Assembly (NCBI RefSeq): GCF_009914755.1
Contig: NC_060925.1
DNA from: the human T2T-CHM13v2.0 reference genome, Homo sapiens
Direction: 5' to 3' (one strand)
Length of the DNA: 64,000 nucleotides
Position numbers and translations under genes: made by a program. Within the stretch, counting starts at the first letter, position 1, and each line of letters opens with the position of its first letter. This document shows, one piece after another, positions 38,416 through 51,248 of the stretch. Under the pieces are notes generated by a model. It saw only the letters and a list, made by a program, of their open reading frames with translations. It did not search any database and was not told the DNA's origin.

Positions 38416-39700
38416 CCTAGGCCTCAAGTGCAGGTTAACAGCTGATGCATGCAGGCTGGGGGGAAGAAATGCTCTCGGTCCCTCCCCTCATTGCCTCCAG
38501 CCTGGGGCTGCCCTCCAGGGCTGGCAATCACCAGCGCCCTCCTGGCTGACCGCACCCTGCTGTGTGAGGCCCTCACACAAAGGACTCCGCCACACATGTG
38601 CCCTCACAGGCACGCCCCTGCCAGGCGGGGCAAGACCCACTGTCCAGTTCACTGCCCACTCCTCAGGGCCTGCCACGGCAACCACACACAGACAGGCTTC
38701 TCTCAAATGCCATTGACAGAGTCGCACCTACCTGCCATCATCAACCCCACTACACAGATGAGGAGACTGAGGCTCAGAGCCTTGAAGTTCATACAACTGC
38801 TGAGTGGAGGGGCCAGATTCAGACTCAGTCAGTATCCCTGGGTGCCTGGATTCAGAAGGTGTCGTCAGCACCCGGGGTATTCTCATGGGGCTGACCCAAA
38901 GTCTCAGGACCTGACTCACTCAGGTGCAGACTTCAGCATTCAGCATCCTTGAGCCTTAGATTCCCTGAGCCACAGGACCAGAGTAGCCTAGACTCACAGT
39001 CCCCACAGTCAGAGACTCCAGGAGTCTGAAACCCACAGAAGGAGGGTTTCAGACCCACAGACTGCGAGACACGCAAGCTTCAGCAATCACAGAGGCTGCA
39101 CTCAGGGCATGTGCTGGCTGCCCCCACAGGGACTCACAGGAGGCCTGCCGGGAGCCCAAGGCACAGCAGGGAAACAAGGGAGAGGGTGAGGGACAGGCGC
39201 TGAGCCTGCTGGGGACCAGCCCCATAGGGAGGACTTAGGACCACAGACCTGACCAGTGTGCAGAGGCCTCTGGGGACTTCACTGTCCTGGAAAGAGCGGT
39301 GATTCAAGGGAAGGTAAAGGTCAATCAGGAAAAAATTTCCTTTCTGAAGGCAGGAGTTCTCTAAGCTGGGGGCACAGGACTTCAGATAAGAGAGGAGGTC
39401 TGCCCAACTGGGGCATCTTGGAAGGCTTCCTGGAGGAGGTGTGACTGGAGCCAGACCAAGGGAAGGTGGGCTAGGCCATGGGCTCGTGAACAGGGAAGTG
39501 GGTGGAGAGAGAGGTCAGTGAGGAAGATAATACCACACAGAGCACACAGCATCAGGAAAGGGTGAGCCACGTTTGAAGAACAGTGAGTGTTCTGGATGGC
39601 TGGCAGCTCAGACAGGTGGGCAGGAAAGAGTAGAGATGGCAAGAGACAGGTTAGCAAGGGCCTGGAGGACTGGGCTGGAGGTTGGACTTGAGGCTACTGA

Positions 39701-40180
<480 letters not shown>

Positions 40181-41162
40181 TGAGAGATGAGGAAACTGAA
40201 GGTTGAAAAGATTACAAAAAACAATCTCACTTCAGTTCACACGGCCAGCAAGAGGTGAGGCCGGGAAGGCACCTGGATCTGTCTGACCCCAAAGCCCCCA
40301 CTTTAAAAAGACGACCATGTGATGGGAGGGGACTGGAAAGGGTGAGCCTAAAGACAGGGTCACAGACGGCAGCCTAGGTGTGCAAGGGACATGACCAAGC
40401 CCCAGACCCTGCAGGGCTGTGGGGAGGGGAGGTAGGGAAAGGGTGGGGAGTGAAGGTGTTCATCAGCCTCAAGGGCCAGGGGAGTTCAACAGAGCAGAGC
40501 TGAGGACCAAACAGGCCTTGGGAAGCGGGGCAGGGAGTGGGGGCGGGGAAGGTTTGGGCCACAGTTCCCAGACACCAGAGCAGGCCTCTAAGGGGCTGGG
40601 GGGCCTGGTTCCCACTTCTGCTGAGGCACTGCCTGGCTCCCAGGGAAAAGCCAAGAGGAGGAAACCCGGACTGTGATTGACAAACTCTGCTCCTAATCAG
40701 TTATGGATCCTCATTAGGACTAACTAATGTTGCATAAACACTCACACTGGGTAATGGTGTATCTGATAAACAATCTCAGGAGCACTAAGGAGGTCCAGTG
40801 GAGTACAGGGTTAGGGTTAGGGTTAGAGCGGCCATCCAGGGCAGCCCATCAGAAAGAAGGACTGGGACTTTGGGTTTAGGCAAACCCAGATCCCTATCCT
40901 GGTTGCAGTTTGTTACTCTCTTGTAGATGTAGAGACCTGCAGAGATACAGGAATTGGCAGGCACAGCAGAAGCAAAGGTCCTGAGGCACCACGTGTGGAC
41001 TTCAGTAAACCAGTATGGAGCCTACTTTTGAGAGTGTGTGAACCAGGTGGAGACACGTGGGCTGAACATAGTGTAGCTTAGTGGACTTAAAATAGTCCCC
41101 AAATGCCTGGATTACAATCAGGTTACCTTGTATAGCTCTGTCCCACATCCTGCCCCATTTCT

Positions 41163-41320
41163 CAGGGTCACCAACATTCTGATTCATAAGAATCACCTGG
41201 AGAACTTCTCAAACTGCAGATTTCCGAGCCTCCCCACTGCCTCTGCAGAAATTCCAAATCAATAGCCTGGAGCCAAGCGCAGGAATCTGAATTCATGGGA
41301 GCTCCCAGGTTGTTCAGAGG
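41163..41320. mobile_element. MER5-like hAT DNA transposon remnant
   Basis: cataagaatcacctggagaacttctcaaactgcagatt...caggaatctg...ctcccaggt. Confidence 0.65.
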
Positions 41321-41405
41321 CGGGATTGGCACAGGTCCTGGGGGTACTCAATGCCTCTGAGGAAGAGGAAGCTGAGCAGGGGCTGACGAAGATGCAGATG
41401 ATGAG

Positions 41406-41763
41406 TGTATTAGTCTGTTCTCACACGGCTATAAAGATATTACCGAACTGGGTAATTTATAAACACAGGAGGTTTAATTGACTCACAATTCCACATGGCT
41501 CTGGAGGCCTCAGGAAACTTATTATCATGGTGGAGGGGGAAGCAGGCGCCTTCTTCACAAGGCGGCAGGAGAGAGAGAGGAGCCCAGGGGAACTACCATT
41601 TATAAAACCATCAGACCTCGTGAGAACTCCCTCACGATCACAACAACAGCATGGGGGAAACCACCCCCATGATCCAATCACCTCCACCAGGTCCCTCCCT
41701 CAACACGTCAGGATTACAATTCAAGATGAGATTTGGGTGGGGACACAGGGCCTAGCCATATCA
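41406..41763 (-). mobile_element. THE1 (C/D-like) MaLR solo LTR
   Basis: tgtattagtctgttctcacac...gggacacagggcctagccatatca; perfect 5-bp TSD ATGAG (41401-41405 / 41764-41768). Confidence 0.93.
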
Positions 41764-41919
41764 ATGAGTCAGGACCCCAGAGGCCTCAGATCCACTGAAA
41801 GAGCTGGACACACAGGACAAGATGGAGCAGAGTCGGATGAGTTCCAACCTTAGATCTCATCTAAGTCCAGCTGCCCAAGGACAAGAGGTAGGGCTCCAGT
41901 GTCTGCAGGAGAGAGGCTG

Positions 41920-42265
41920 TGAGTTGAAGATTGAATTGAGGCTAAATTCACACCAACAGTGTGAGATGATTGCCAGAAATACTAACCTGTTATTCATTCA
42001 TTTATTATACAAAGATTTGCTGAGCTTTGATATGCCAGGCTGTGTGTAGACTATTTAATGAAGGTCTAGTATCAAGGATGAGACGGGGGTGGTCCTATCC
42101 TAATCAATGCTGGCAGATTGCACTCAGCTTAAGGACTTGTGAGGCTGATTGATCAGACTCAGTGGAAGAGTCCACAATGGAAAGAGTCAAGGAGCTAGGC
42201 TGCTCAGCCTGAAGAAGGACAGACTCCAGGGACAGTATGATGGCCTGCAGATCTCTGACCACAGC
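41920..42265 (+). mobile_element. CR1/L3 remnant
   Basis: caaggagctaggctgctcagcctgaagaaggacagactccagggac resembles CR1 ELGLFSLEKRRLRGD. Confidence 0.55.
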
Positions 42266-43773
42266 ACAAATGGGTGGACCATTCACTGACCAGAGCTAGA
42301 ACTGTTGAGCAAAGTTTATTTCACAGACATTGGTTTATTTACCACTGCTATAGGCCAGGCCCCATGCAGTTTGCAGGACTCACAGTGATGGCCCCAGCAC
42401 TCAGGAATGTCACAGTCCAGGGGGGAGACAGACACCTAGACAAACACTCTAACATAACACAGTCAGCGTTCAGGACTCCAAGGAAGTATGATCAAGTATG
42501 GGAGATTTCGGTGGCTTCCTGGAGGAGGCAATATTTCAACTAAGTCTTGAAAGATGAATAGGAGTTGTCCAGGCAGAGAGGAGGGGAAAGGCTCTCTAGG
42601 CAGGAGGAGCAGCTTTTGCAAAGCCCTGGAGGGAGCTGCTTTGGAGAAGTGGACAGAGTTCAGTCCGCTGGAGCAAGACCCATCAGGGAGGGGCATCCAG
42701 GCAGGGCACAGGCTCACTGCACCCACTGGAACCCAGGAATTCAGGTCATGCCAAGGGGGTGGGGATGGCAAGGCTAGATCTGATGGAGCCAGCCAGGGAC
42801 ATCAGTCCTCTTTGAGTATGAACACTGGGAAAACAACAGGCTTTGGGGTCCGACCTCTATTTAAATCTCAGCTCTGCCATTCCACAGCTGCATGACATTT
42901 TCTAGTTTATTTCACCTCTCTGAGCCCCAGTTTCTCCATCTATAAAATGGGGGTGCAAACTGTAAAAGTCTCAGAGGGCTGTTGTTTGGAGGCTGAGACT
43001 ACCCCGGGAGACCTGTATCCTCTGGGAATGGGGTGGGGGAACATCAAAAAATGAGGTGCCCTCATTCCAGGAAAGGGAATTCCTTCTGGTCCATTTCTCT
43101 TTCCTTCCTTCTGAGGGAGTGCTGACAAGGAGTGGAGGAATCCTCTGGAAGTCCTGGGGGATGAAACACAAGCGTTTGGGCTATTCCTGGGGGTTTCTTT
43201 ACCTGCCGGTTGGTCTCCACACTTTCAGGCTGCCTAATGTGCATGCCATTGCTTGCATTTACCTAGCAAGGTAAGGAGGCCTTAACACAGGTTCTGAGCA
43301 AGCGAATGACTCCAAGGGAGGGACAGGACTGTGATAGAATGGGACTCCCTGCAAGGGGGAGGTGGGGGTCTGAGGTCAAATCTGGACTCCATGGGAAGCT
43401 CTTCACGGGGATAGTGGTGTTGAGCAGCCTGTGTATGAATGGAGAAACCAAGGAGGAAGAGGGTGGAAGGCAGCACAGTGATCTGGCAAGAGTCCTCAGG
43501 TTCAAAATATTGGCCATGTCATCTCTACTTTCTGAACTTTGCGTGCTCACTACAGAAAAGTTTGTGTGCTCAAAACTTCAATGGGAAGTTTAAATGAGGT
43601 GAGATAGGAAGGAGCCCAGTAGTGTGGGGCCCTGTCAGAGCTCCAGAACTGTGAGGGGACACAATCCCTCCCCCAAAGGGGCCACAGGACCTCAGATAGA
43701 GCCCACTCCTGGAACTGTTGGCTATGGAAGGGGAGGCCCTCACCTGTAACAGGTAAAAGGGGCAGAAACCCAA

Positions 43774-44107
43774 CCTACCTGCCTGCTGATCTCCTACCTG
43801 CCTGCTCACCTCCTACCTGCCTGCTCATCTCCTACCTGCCTGCTCACCTCCTACCTGCCTGCTCATCTCCTATGTGCCTGCTCACCTTCTACCTGCCTGC
43901 CCACCTCCTACCTGTCTGCCCACCTACTACCTGCCTGCTCACCTCCTACCTGCCTGCTCACCTCCTACCTGCCTCATCATCTCCTACCTGCCTCATCATC
44001 TTCTCCCCACCTAGTCACCTCCTACCTGCTTGCTCACCTCCTACCAGTGTGCTCGCCTCCTACCTGACTCTGCATCTCTTTTCTGCCTAATCACCTTCTA
44101 CCAGCCT
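43774..44107 (+). repeat. 19-bp minisatellite (CCTACCTGCCTGCTCACCT) x~17.5
   Basis: Strict 19-bp phase from 43774 to 44097; 5' units near perfect, 3' units decayed. Confidence 0.95.
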
Positions 44108-45719
44108 ACAGAGAGACTATGTATTCATTCTTAAGTGACAAAAAAGATAAATGAAATAAAATTCCCTTTGCCCTCTGGAACTTTATAACCTGTTTCTTAC
44201 ACTAATGTATCTTGGACCCATGATCTTCAGCAGCTAATCTGAAGGTCAGTGTAGAGGAGTTGGGTTAGAGCTCAGGAAGAACTTCTCTGAGGTCAGAGGA
44301 GGAGGCAGCTCTGTGCAGCAGTTATAGACACAGATTCTGCAGGCAACTAACCCAGGACTGAATCCCAGCTCCACAGTTCACAGGCAAGTAACCTGTGATT
44401 ACTTGCCTCTCTGAGTTTCAGGTTCCTCATCTAAAAAGTGGTGGCCACCGCATCTGCCCTATAGGTGGTCAGGGTTCAGTGAAATGCAAGATGGGAAGAG
44501 TCAACTTCAGTGCCTGGTGCAAGGTAAGCACTGGGTACAGGGAAGAGCAGCCTGTACTCTTTTGGAGACAGGAGTACTTTTGGGAAACAGCCAGGCTTGC
44601 CTGGGTTCAAATCCCAATTCTGCTACTTACTGCCTCCTTCAACCTCTTTGAGCCTCAGATTCCTCATCTGTGAAATGAGAGAAAACACAATCTAACCGTT
44701 GAGATGATCTTGGGGAGGAAATGGAGAGGCAGGGGAGGGAATCAGACCCTACATGCCAAGCCCAGCACATCTGCCACACAAAGTAACTGCTGGCTTCTCC
44801 CTCACCCTCCTCCACTCTGGTGTTGGGTGGAGGGTGGGGTGGGGAAATCTGCAGAGAATTATGTCCCTGTCACAACCTCAGCCCAGCATTTGCTGCCTTA
44901 GTTCCCTGCCAAGAGTTGCCCAAACTACAGGGACCCCTCTAGTGAGCACCTCCTGGACTTGGCAGCAAGAATCACAGGGTTGACCAGAGAGGATGAGACC
45001 AGGAGGCCTGAGGCACTGCCGCCTCGGCCACGGTGCCACCTCCAGGCCCCAGCCCCTGCAAGGTGCACCCTGAAAGGGGCTCCAGCATCACAGGAGCAGT
45101 TTCCTCAAGGACCACTAGCTTCCACAGGAGAGAGAGTCCTGTGTGTTAGAAAGAGAGAATTATAAAGAAAGAAAAAAAACAGTAATAAAGAAAAAGAAAA
45201 TCTATAATCTTCTGGGAAAGGACAGGACCCATTTATCAACTTCTCCTTGAACCATCTGAAAAAATTACGCTATAAATACAGTGGCTCCCAACCTATTGAT
45301 TCAGGATGACAGAGCCATTAGCCACGGCCTGAGGGGCAGAGTCAAGAAAGCGGCCACCACGGCCCCTGGTTATGACGTCCAGCAGGGAGCTGGTGTTGAG
45401 GGCACAAAGTGGGGCTCTGGAGCCGTCTCCAGTTCTGCCCATGTTTGCTGTGTGGCCTTGGGAAATCCTGCTCCCTCTCTGGGCCTCTTCTCTTCCCTGT
45501 TCATGAAGGATGGGATGAAGGCATCTCTAAAACACATTCAGTTTTGACCTGATGTTCTGATCTGAAATGGCCAAGGGGGTAGGAAGGAGCCAATAAGAGA
45601 AGAGGCCTCTTCTACCTGGGGAGGTGAGGAAGGGAAACACCAGAGAAGCCCGGCCACAGTGACCACAACTTTGTCCCTGAAACCTGGCTTCCCAGTCCTG
45701 ACTGTGCTGAGGTCTTCAC

Positions 45720-46500
45720 CCCTCCACCAGGAAAGCTCAGCAGCAGCATCCCCACCCTCCCCCACCTCTTCCCTGCACGCCACATGGAATCCACCTCCAG
45801 TTTCAACTCCTCAGATCACTGCAACCCAGCCTTCCAGCTCCCTGGCCTGTTCTGTCCCCATCACCTCCCTCTGCACCCTTCCTCAGCCTCTCCTGGCCTC
45901 CTGCTGCTATTGCCACCCCACAGCCCTTGACCAGGCATCCAGAGAAAGGGGTTTACTGCAGAAATCTGCTCCTGCCTCCCTTGATTAGCCTTCTCGGGAG
46001 CATCCTCATACTGTAAAGAGAAGAACAAACCTGCCCCCATGGCCACCATGCTCCCTGGGGGCCTGGCCCTGTGCCATCCTCGCCAGCCTCATCTGTTCCT
46101 CAATTTCCTCAAGTCTCCACCCCAGGCCCTGAATTCCCCTCCCTCCCTCCCACCAGGGACCTTTGCTCACTCTCCTCCTAATCCCTGAAGCTCACCTCCT
46201 CCTCGTTTCCCAGAGTTTTCTCCCCCGATCCCTCAGGTCTTGGTGAGAGGGCCACCTCCTCAGGGAAGCCCTCCCAGCCTTCCTGACAAGGTTAGACTCT
46301 GGCCCAGGGTCCCAGAGACCTGGGAACCATGTCCTCATGGCACTGATCCCAGGGGAGGTCCCTAAGTTATTTGGTGACCATCTGTGTCCCCACAGGGATG
46401 TGAGCTCTGGGTAGAGGGTGTCGCCTGTTTGTTCACAGCTGTAGCCCCTAGAACAGTGCCCAGCCCCTCACAGGAGCCCAGTGAACACTGGTGGGAGGGG
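45720..46500 (+). mobile_element. L2 LINE remnant
   Basis: cagggacctttgctcac...cacctcctcagggaagccctccc...gcctgtttgttcacagctgtagcccctagaacagtgcc. Confidence 0.75.
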
Positions 46501-46758
46501 GACAAGGAGGGAGGAGTGCTGTTCAGAGAAGGGTGAGGCAGAGCCAGGGGCTCCAACATAGCCTGAGGGACTTGGAGGCATATCTCCAGCCCTAAGCCCC
46601 CGAGGCCACATCAGGGACACAGATGACACTCACTCTGTGTAGCCCCAGGTAGAGCCTGAGGAACAGGAGTGACACTGTCTCCCTCGTGGCTCCCACTCAA
46701 GGCTGCCATCTGCGGAAGGACCTGACGCCCTGACCACAGCCCTCCCCTGTCCCTCAAC

Positions 46759-48577
46759 TATTACTAGATCTTTGGAGTGTTGCTCTTCTGGCCTCTGTGG
46801 CTGGTGGTGCCTTTGCCCAGGCCTGCTCAGCTCGTTCCACCCACTCAGCCTGGCAGGCTGTGCTCAGCTCATGCTACCAGCCTGGATCCCAAACCTGCCA
46901 AGGGTGGGCCAGGCATGGAGCAGTGAGGGGTGTATGAGCCAGCAGGCATGGGGTCTGGCCACTGTGCACAGTCACGCATGGTGGCTGCTGCAGTGGGCAG
47001 GCAGCTCCAGGTGCTGGCATAGGCGCCGACTCTATGTGAGGCTGCAGCTGGACCAGGCACACCGCAAGCAGCTTCCCTGTCTGGTATCAGGAAATGCAGT
47101 GGTGCCCAGAAGCTCAGAGACACCAGGAACCACAGAGCCTCAAAGAGGGAGCCACAGCCCTGGCTCAGGGAGCTCCCAGCTCTGGGGTCCCCAGAGGGCC
47201 ACAGCACTTCTCTCCCTCTCTTCACCTGAAATGTGGTGAGCAAGGGGGTATGTTTCGGTGCTGTTTGTATTACAGCTCTTCTAGCCTTGCCATTTGGCAG
47301 CCCCTGAGTTCTTGTCCTGCTATCCGGAAGAATGAGGTATGCAGACAAGTGGAGGATGAGCAAGATGAAGAGGAGATTTATTTAGAAGTAAAACAGCTCA
47401 GAGACCCACTGTGGGTAGCTCCTTTCTGCAGTTAGGGTGTCCTGATGAGTGTTCAGCCCTCAGTAGAGAGGAGGAGGTCCTGGGGTGGGTGGCTTCTCTC
47501 TGCAGGCAGGTCATCCCATTGTCTCTGCAGCTCTTAGCAGAGAGGAGGCCCTGGAGTGGAAAGCTCCCCTCTGCAGCTGGTTCTCCCATCATCTGCTCAG
47601 CTCTGGCTGAGCCTGGGGCTTTTATGGGCCTCAGAGGGGGGAAGTGAGTACTGATTGGTCCATGGGCAGCCATGGTCAGGCCCAGGAAAAAGCACCATGA
47701 GCTCTCCCTCTCATCCCCCTCCAGTTGTTAGGACTGGCAGCCAGGCCCCCAGGCTTCAGGCCTTCCCCAGCCTGAAGGTGGGGCTTCACCAGGGACCCAC
47801 CCCCTTCTGCCCAGGAGCCTGTCTGCCTCCCACCTTCCATGGTGCCCAGGCTGCTCGCACCAAGGGGCACCTGCAGGCCAACACCTGGAGCTGAGCTGCC
47901 CTCAGGCCCCTCTCAGCTTCCCCTCCCTGGCTTGTCAGCACCCAAAATCCAGAGGGATATGAAACGGCAAGGGCTGGCATGTCAGCACTGCCCCAAGTGT
48001 GTGCACATCTAGCTGGGCTGTGACAGTGCCCAGGTTCAGCCCCAACTCTGCTCCAAAATCAGAGCAGGTGCCAAGAGTGAGGAGAGGCCAGGCAGTGGGA
48101 GCAGACACCCCCGAGCCAGTGGGGACAGAGGGGCCTTCCCAGGCCTCCAAGGGTGCAGACTGCAGAGATGCTGGGGGTCCTACACCTGGGAAGGTGGCTG
48201 CAGCTGCACCCAGGGAGCTCCCACCCCACCAACTCAGAAGAGACAGGCTCTCATTTTCACCCCCCAACTGTCTCCCACTGGCTCTGTGAAGCATGCAGCT
48301 CTGGCCACACCCCCAAGATCAGAGCAGGTGCCAATATCAGAAGAAGCCAGGCCATAGGAGCAGGCACTTCCAAGCCTGCCAGGAACAGTGGGGATTTCCT
48401 GGGCCTCCAAGAGCACAGATACGCCCAGATCCAGAGCCCCTGCAGGGTGGCTGTGGTAGCACTCGGGGAGGGTGGGGCTCCTGCCTGCTCCATGGAGTGT
48501 TATAGCCTTCACCACTCCTCCCCACTGCAGCTGATACCTTGGCAGCAGCCACTCTAGATGGGCCACTGCTGCCATCA
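46759..48577 (-). mobile_element. MER52-family (MER52A-like) ERV1 solo LTR, ~1.8 kb, full length
   Basis: Ends gatgggccactgctgccatca (reverse complement of the MER52 start); perfect TSD CAAC (46755-46758 / 48578-48581). Confidence 0.9.
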
Positions 48578-48599
48578 CAACCATCCATGGCTCCCAGCA

Positions 48600-49070
48600 T
48601 CAGCCTGACAAAGTCCAAACTCAGGTCCACTGTGATCTTGCCCCACCCCACCAGCCTTCCCTGCCCCACCTCCCTCCACTTGTCCTCACAGTCCCCGGGC
48701 TTCAGGCCCAGCCAGACCACCCCTGGTACCCCCACCCACCACTCTTTATGCTTCCCTGCCATTGCTCTGCTCTCCTCAGCTGGAACACCCCCCAACCCTG
48801 CCCCCTGGAATTCAAGCCCCATTCCAGTCTCAGCTTGAGCATCACCTCCTCCATGAGGCCTCCTCTGATTCCCCTGGATGCTGACTTTGCTTGTCCCTCC
48901 TCCATTCCCACAAACACCACTATGTCCCCCTCCTAGAGCTGTTTCTGGTCTCACCACTAGACCATGAGCTACCCCAGGTGACAGGAGGTATGATTCTTCT
49001 CTCTCTGATGCCTGGTGCATGGCCTGGGACATAGGAGGCCTCACAATGGGCTAGGTGAGTGAATGAATGC
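48600..49070 (+). mobile_element. L2 3' remnant
   Basis: catcacctcctccatgaggcct...actagaccatgagct...gcctggtgcatggcctgggacataggaggcctca...gaatgaatg. Confidence 0.75.
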
Positions 49071-50331
49071 ATATCACCTGCTTCCACTCATTCAGGACCT
49101 ACAATTTACCAGGCACTGTGCTGAGCGTGTTACAGGCATCGTTTCATTTAATCCTCCATGTAATCCCTTGTGCTGTGAATATATATGCCCATATTATAGA
49201 TGGGGAAACTGAGGCCCAGGGAGGTTGGGTCACGCACCCAAGGCCACGCAGTGAGTAAGCTGAGGCAGCAGCACCCTTCCTGCTCACCTGCTCCAGTGCC
49301 TCTGGCTCCCCTCCTGAGCTGAACCTGAGCTCACAGCCGTGTCTGGGGAGTCTCTGCTGATTCACCACTCACTGGGGACCCGATGGCTGCTTTGGCTGCA
49401 AGTCAGGATCCTGTTGCTCTAAAGCTGCAGCCTCAGTTCTAGAGCAACAGAAGGATCCACCAGGAGCATGTTCCTGGGAGGGTCTCTGCACCCAGGGAAA
49501 CCCTCCCAGTCCCACTCGCCGACCCCCACCTTCCCCATTGTCAGTGAGGACCCCTCCCAGGCCCACGAAGACACTGGCATTTTCCTCCCCTCAGCCCTGG
49601 GAACGTGGTTTATCCATCACAGGGACGTGGTCTGTAGTGTCAGGATTGTGGTGGATCTCTGATGAGGAGCGGCTAGGGAGCCATTCACATCCCAGAAATT
49701 CCAGCGAGGGGAGGAAAAACCTCACATGAAAAGTGGAATCAGTGAAGAGAAAATAGGGACATGCCAGGAAGAATAATCCACCACTCAGACATGAAAGAAA
49801 TATGTTCAATTATGTTGTACTGCATTTCATTTTAATGTACACATCGTACTTAGCTGTCTGCAAGCCTCAGATTACTCAGAAAGACAGCGCAATGAAAGAT
49901 GAGAGAATTACAAAGAGCCAAAAAATATTCCTGAAATTGGAATCCCTAAGGGAGAGAAAGAAAAGCCAGGCTTGAGACAAAAGAGGCTGCTTAGCACCAA
50001 GGCCCTCTCAGCTCTGATGCCGGGTGCCCTCGCCCACACAGCCTAGCACGGTTATCCATGTCTGGCTGTCCTGATTGCCCAGCATCAGAAAAAGTCCAGG
50101 CCAGAATGACAGGGCTCAGGCTGTCCTCCTAGAGCTGCTCCCTACAATCTGTGTGACCGGGGGCATGTCACTGACCCTCTCTGAGCCTCATTCTCAAGGG
50201 TGAAATGAGAAACTTGGATGCCCTCAGACATATTGGGTGGGAGGGGTAATGTTACAGCAAGAAAGAGTCACACCGGATCCCATTCCAGCGCTAAGGGAAC
50301 CCATAGACATTTCATGGAGGTTGTGATTCCC

Positions 50332-50708
50332 TGTTATGGCCTGAATAGTGGCCCCCCAAAATCCTGTGTTGAAGTCTTAACCCACAATGTGACTGTGTTT
50401 AGAAACAGGACCTTGAAGGAAAGAGGTAATTAAGGTTAAGTGAGGTCATACAAGTGGGTCCCTAAGCCAGTAAGACCGGCATAAGAAGAGCAGGGTCACC
50501 ACCAACGCAGGCACACAGGGAAAGGCCACGTGAGGACACGGTGAGAGGGCAGCTGTCTCCAAATTAAGGGGACAGGACACAGAAGAACCAACCCAGACCT
50601 TTTCTTGATCTTGGACTTCCCAGCTTTCCAAACTGAGAGAAAAGACATTTCTCTTCTTCTAGCCTCCCAGTCTATAGCATTTGTCACGGCAGCCTGAGCA
50701 GACTCCAG
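50332..50708 (+). mobile_element. MLT1B/MLT1A-like MaLR LTR
   Basis: tgttatggcctgaatagtggccccccaaaat...ggtaattaaggttaagtgaggtc...gcatttgtcacggcagcctgagcagact. Confidence 0.85.
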
Positions 50709-51139
50709 TAGTTGGGCCCATTGGTGAATCTGAGCCAAAAGATACCCAAAGAATCAGGACAACCATGCTGAGGGCAGGTGGGTACCTTCTGCCCTCCCTT
50801 CCAGCATGTATATCTGCTCCTGGACCCCAGTCCCTGGGCGCTCTGCCCCTCCCACATGAAAACTAAGCTCAGGGAAGGCCCTGAAAATTCTCTCTCACTG
50901 CAGCATGATTGCTGAGGAGGGGACAGGGACAGGGACATGTGCCTGGCTCCCCACTAGCAGCATCCTCTATCTTCTAAGAAATGGGCATCAAATGGGCACT
51001 AAGAATCTCAGGAATCAAGGAGAGAGGATCCTGGTGGAAGGGGAACCTCCAGCTTCCTGGCCAATTGTTCTGCCCCCACTCAAGGCTAGAAAACCATGAA
51101 GGATGCATTGGGCAGAGGAGCTCGGAGGAACCCAGCTGC

Positions 51140-51248
51140 TGTGTGTGTGTCTGTCTATGTGTGTGTGTGTGCTGTGTGTGTGTGTGTGTGCTGTGTGTGT
51201 GTGTGTGACTGTGTGTTTGTAAGAGAGAGACAGAGAAAGAGAGACAGA
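51140..51248. repeat. Compound (TG)n/(GA)n microsatellite
   Basis: Interrupted TG run followed by a GA run. Confidence 0.9.

Noticed and set aside
38880-39100. Loose GACTCACAG/GACCCACAG periodicity
   Set aside because: Too degenerate to define a unit; probably decayed low-complexity sequence
43774-44107. Repeat-encoded protein (LLTSYLPAHLLP)
   Set aside because: A 19-bp unit is not a multiple of 3; the ORF is an artefact of the minisatellite
48337-49044. 235-aa minus-strand ORF
   Set aside because: Reads through L2 and MER52 repeat sequence; no protein family resemblance
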